Below, piece by piece: positions 28,720-32,000 of a stretch of 32,000 nucleotides of DNA (the stretch's first letter is position 1; each line of letters opens with the position of its first letter). The position numbers and the translations under genes were made by a program. The DNA is from Halogeometricum borinquense DSM 11551 (GTDB lineage: Archaea; Halobacteriota; Halobacteria; Halobacteriales; Haloferacaceae). Below the pieces are notes generated by a model. The model saw only the letters and a list, made by a program, of their open reading frames with translations. It ran no database searches and was not told where the DNA came from. The stretch is from NCBI RefSeq assembly GCF_000172995.2, contig NC_014729.1, forward strand, positions 1,560,001-1,592,000. Reading direction: 5' to 3'.

Positions 28720-29556
28720 ATGTCGCTTCAGTTCGGTTTCTCGATGAACGCCTTTCGGGAGTACTCGACTGTCGAGGCCATCGACGCCGTCGCGGACGCC
28801 GGGTACGACGGCATCGAACTCCTGTTCGATCAACCATTCCTCTATCCACCCGCGGCCACGGACGAGGAGTACGACGAGGTGCGCGCCGCGCTCGAACGGA
28901 CCGGTCTCGACATCAGCAACTGTAACGCGTTCATGCTGACGGCCATCGAGGATTTCCACCACCCCTCGTTCATCGAAGTAGACGAAAACTACCGTCGTCG
29001 TCGCGTGGAGTACACGCTTGATTCGCTCGATGCCGCGGCCGAACTCGGCTGTGACCACATCTCCATCGAACCCGGTGGCCCACTTCCCGATGGAAAGTCC
29101 CGCGAGTGGGCGATGGAGACGTTCGTCGGCGGCCTCGAAGAACTCGCCGTCAAGGCCGAGAACGTGGGCGTGGATGTGTTGGTCGAACCCGAACCGGACC
29201 TTCTCATCGAGACTTCGATGCAGTTTCTCGACGTGATCGAACGCGTTGACTCCGACCGAATCGCCTGTAACTTCGACGCCGGCCACCTGTACTGCGTGGG
29301 CGAGGACCCCGCGGAACTGGTCGAGACGCTTTCGCCGTACACGAAGCACTACCATCTCGAAGACATCCCCGAGGTCCGTGAACACGACCACACGCAACTC
29401 GGTGACGGCGCGATGAATATCGACGCCTTCCTCGAAGCGGTCGAGGATTCAGGCTACGACGGGTACATCACGGTCGAACTCTACCCGTATCAGGAGACGG
29501 CAGCCGAAACAGCACGAGGGGCGATGGACTACCTCCGCGACCACGGGTGGGCCTGA
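28720..29556 (+). CDS. Xylose-isomerase-like TIM-barrel protein (sugar phosphate isomerase/epimerase family; EboE-like)
   Basis: 278 aa with GYDGIELL, VLVEPEPDLLIE, NFDAGHLYCVGED, HLEDI and ITVELYPY blocks typical of AP-endonuclease-2/xylose-isomerase-like barrels. Starts 3 nt after the TatD-like stop. Confidence 0.8.
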   Translation: MSLQFGFSMNAFREYSTVEAIDAVADAGYDGIELLFDQPFLYPPAATDEEYDEVRAALERTGLDISNCNAFMLTAIEDFHHPSFIEVDENYRRRRVEYTLDSLDAAAELGCDHISIEPGGPLPDGKSREWAMETFVGGLEELAVKAENVGVDVLVEPEPDLLIETSMQFLDVIERVDSDRIACNFDAGHLYCVGEDPAELVETLSPYTKHYHLEDIPEVREHDHTQLGDGAMNIDAFLEAVEDSGYDGYITVELYPYQETAAETARGAMDYLRDHGWA

Positions 29557-29559
29557 GCG

Positions 29560-30495
29560 ATGGCAACCGGCGTCGGGGACGCGCTCGGCGTCGAGTCCGT
29601 CCGGCGAGTCGCTACCGACTACGCCGAACTTGTCAGACTTCCGAATGTCTTCACCGCCCCACCGGACGTTATCGCTGGCGTCGCTCTCGCCGTCGCGCTC
29701 GGCGCGACAGTTTCGGTACCAACTATCGTCGGTCTCTGTCTGGCATCGGCGCTCATCTACGCCGCGGGAACGACGCTGAACGACGTTGCCGACGTTGACG
29801 AAGACGCAAAAGAGCGCCCGGATCGACCGATTCCGTCTGGCCGCGTCGGGCGAAGCGAAGCGCTCTCGGTCGGCATCATCCTCCTCGTCGGCGGTGTCGT
29901 CGTCGCCACGGTCGTTGGCGGATTAGGACCCGGTTTGACTGCCGTGGCTCTCGCCCTCGCCGTTGCGCTCTATGACGGTCTTCTCAAGGGTACTCCAGCC
30001 GGCTTTTTTGCGATGGGATCAGCCCGCGGACTCAACGTCGCGCTCGGCCTGTCAATCGCCGGTGTCGCCGCGTTCGACGGGCTGGCGCTTCTGTTTCCGG
30101 CGTCCGTCGTCGTTTACGTTGCGGCGTTGACGCGGATGGCTGAGGCGGAGACGGGCGGCGGTGGGGACGGGTCCGCCGTCGCTCTCACCGGCGCAGGGGC
30201 GACGCTAGCGGCCATGGTTGTTGCCGTCGTCGTCACCGTCCGTGGGACGCCCACCGCCGGTCTCGCCGCTACTCTCGTCGCCGCCGGCTTTCTCGCGTGG
30301 GACTGGCGGGCGCTCGGTCCGGCGATAGCAGATCCCGTTCCGTCGAACGTCGGACCTGCTGTCGGTACCTGCGTCCTCGGAATTGTCCTCCTCGATGCCG
30401 CCGTCGCCGTCATTGCAGGGCCGACGTTCGTTCTCGCCGCAGCGGCGTTCGCCATTCCGGCAACGACGCTCTCCAGATACTTCGACGTGAACTAA
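29560..30495 (+). CDS. UbiA-superfamily integral-membrane prenyltransferase (EboC-like)
   Basis: 311 aa and very hydrophobic (about 8-9 TM helices). First Asp-rich motif NDVADVDEDAKERPDRPIPSGR at 29779 onward. Starts 3 nt after the preceding stop. Confidence 0.85.
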   Translation: MATGVGDALGVESVRRVATDYAELVRLPNVFTAPPDVIAGVALAVALGATVSVPTIVGLCLASALIYAAGTTLNDVADVDEDAKERPDRPIPSGRVGRSEALSVGIILLVGGVVVATVVGGLGPGLTAVALALAVALYDGLLKGTPAGFFAMGSARGLNVALGLSIAGVAAFDGLALLFPASVVVYVAALTRMAEAETGGGGDGSAVALTGAGATLAAMVVAVVVTVRGTPTAGLAATLVAAGFLAWDWRALGPAIADPVPSNVGPAVGTCVLGIVLLDAAVAVIAGPTFVLAAAAFAIPATTLSRYFDVN

Positions 30496-30497
30496 CC

Positions 30498-31343
30498 ATG
30501 AAACTCGCATTTTCGACGAACGCGTACACGAACGACACGCTCCCCGAAGCCGTCCGGCGAATCGCCGCCCACGGTTACGAGGGAGTCGAATTACTCGGCG
30601 ATACACCGCACGCGTACTTCCCCGAGTTCGGTGCGGACGATGCGGCCGCACTCGCCGATGCCCTCACAGAGACGGATCTCGCCGTCTCGAACATCAACGC
30701 CAACACGGCTACGGGATACTACGACGATGCGCCGCCGTCGTCCTTTTTCGAACCGAGCGTCATCAATCCGGATCCGGATCTGCGCGCGTGGCGTGTCGAG
30801 TACATCAAACGTGCCATCGACTTGGCTACCTCGACGGGTGCGCCAGCGGTCTGTCTCGCCACCGGTCGTCCCCTGCCGGGAACGTTGCCCGATGAAGCGT
30901 ACCAGCTCTTGCGTGACTCGCTGCACGACATCCTCGACTACGCCGAACCCCGCGGCGTGGACGTGGGGATCGAGTTCGAACCCGAACTGCTCATCGAATG
31001 CACCGACGAAGTGCTGACGCTCATTGATGATGTGGGCCGCGACAACCTCGGCGTCAATCTCGACATCGGCCACGCAGCCGTCTACGGCGAAGACCTACGC
31101 GAGAGCATCGAACAGAGCGCGGGCCACATCACCGGCGTCCACCTCGAAGATATCGCGGGCGGTATCCGCGGCAAACACTATCACCTCGTCCCCGGCGACG
31201 GCGACCTCGATTTCGATGTGGTGTTCGACGCCCTCGACAGCATCGGCTACGACGGATTCGTCACGTTAGAACTGTACACTTACCCCGACCGTCCGGACGA
31301 GGCGGCGGCGCGTGCGTTCGAGGCGTTAGCGGGCTACTTCTGA
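30498..31343 (+). CDS. Second xylose-isomerase-like TIM-barrel protein (paralogue of 28720-29556)
   Basis: ATG at 30498 (MKLAFSTNAY...), 2 nt after the UbiA stop. Blocks GYEGVELL, IEFEPELLIE, NLDIGHAAVYGED, HLEDI and VTLELYTY align with the first barrel. Confidence 0.8.
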   Translation: MKLAFSTNAYTNDTLPEAVRRIAAHGYEGVELLGDTPHAYFPEFGADDAAALADALTETDLAVSNINANTATGYYDDAPPSSFFEPSVINPDPDLRAWRVEYIKRAIDLATSTGAPAVCLATGRPLPGTLPDEAYQLLRDSLHDILDYAEPRGVDVGIEFEPELLIECTDEVLTLIDDVGRDNLGVNLDIGHAAVYGEDLRESIEQSAGHITGVHLEDIAGGIRGKHYHLVPGDGDLDFDVVFDALDSIGYDGFVTLELYTYPDRPDEAAARAFEALAGYF

Positions 31344-31374
31344 GCCGGCCGGTTGACTGCGCGCCCCGTCGCGG

Positions 31375-32000
31375 TCATTGCGACTCGGCCAACCGCTCGA
31401 TTCGATCCAGCGAGTCGGCATCGTCCGGCGTCTTGTCCTCTCGGACGGCGATAAAGCGCGGGAACCGAAGCGCGTACCCCGATGAGTACGTCGGCGAGCG
31501 TTGTATCTCTTCGTAGCCGACCTCGAAAACGACCGAGGGATTCAGTTCGACCGTCTGTCCGTCCTCGCTGACGATTTCTGGTTCCAAGAGATCGGACAAC
31601 TCGGCCAGTTCCTCGTCGGTGATGCCCGTCGCTACCTTCCCGATAGTGGCGTAGTCGCCGTCGCCGCTCTCGTCGCGCGCGGAGAGGAGGAACGTTCCAA
31701 GGTGGTTCGCGCGGCGGCCCTCTCCCCACTCTGCACCCGTCACGACGAGGTCAACCGTCTCTACGTCGGGCTTTCGTTTCAGCCAGTTCTTCCCGCGATT
31801 TCCGGGCGAGTACGTCGAATCGGGGTTTTTCAGCATGATCCCTTCGTGGCCGGCGTCAAGCGACGCCTCCTCGAAGGCGGCTATCTCGTCGGCGTCCTCG
31901 GAGACGAGCAAGTCCGAGACGGCGTTGGTGTCCGCCAGCACCTCCGCGAGTCGGGCGTGTCGTTCCGTCACCGGCGCATCGAGCAAGTCCTCGCTGTCGG
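31375..32000 (-). CDS. ligA: ATP-dependent DNA ligase, C-terminal part (gene continues past the window end)
   Basis: Adenylation-domain end and OB fold: HEGIMLKNPDSTYSPGNRGKNWLKRKP, DLVVTGAEWGEGRR and motif VI LRFPRFIAVREDK. The frame stays open to the window edge. Confidence 0.85.
   Translation of the reverse strand, partial: DSEDLLDAPVTERHARLAEVLADTNAVSDLLVSEDADEIAAFEEASLDAGHEGIMLKNPDSTYSPGNRGKNWLKRKPDVETVDLVVTGAEWGEGRRANHLGTFLLSARDESGDGDYATIGKVATGITDEELAELSDLLEPEIVSEDGQTVELNPSVVFEVGYEEIQRSPTYSSGYALRFPRFIAVREDKTPDDADSLDRIERLAESQ

Overview
GC-rich, acidic-proteome sequence typical of a haloarchaeal (Halobacteria, Haloferacales-like) main chromosome. Most of the window is housekeeping. It starts with the tail of an ABC transporter operon (binding-protein 3' end plus two permeases). 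Next is a divergent acetate/short-chain-acid pair (AMP-forming acyl-CoA synthetase and an AtoE-like transporter), then a GNAT acetyltransferase and two small membrane proteins. A nucleoside-salvage pair (cdd, udp), a type-II NADH dehydrogenase, an HTH regulator, an SDR epimerase and arginase follow. The centre holds the head-to-head type-II topoisomerase block gyrB-gyrA / top6B-top6A, followed by two hydrolases, and the window ends in the 3' part of an ATP-dependent DNA ligase. Two regions stand out. (1) 9731-11841 is a decaying IS200/IS605-family element inserted 4 nt after the ndh stop codon. Its tnpB carries a 1-nt frameshift and its tnpA an in-frame TGA. A 51-codon DUF2080/AbrB-like ORF that is missing from the supplied ORF track is intact, and both ends carry 76-nt compound hairpins. 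(2) 24959-31343 is a compact, divergently transcribed six-gene cluster: an alkaline-phosphatase-family enzyme, an inositol-phosphate-synthase-type cyclase, a TatD-like hydrolase, two paralogous xylose-isomerase-like TIM barrels and a UbiA prenyltransferase. Its enzyme set mirrors the bacterial/plastid ebo cluster, whose product is unknown, and it is the best candidate here for an undescribed archaeal prenyl-cyclitol pathway. No rRNA, tRNA or CRISPR array was found. The many long antisense ORFs in the track are GC-rich shadow frames. All functional calls come from motif and family recognition by eye, since no searches could be run.
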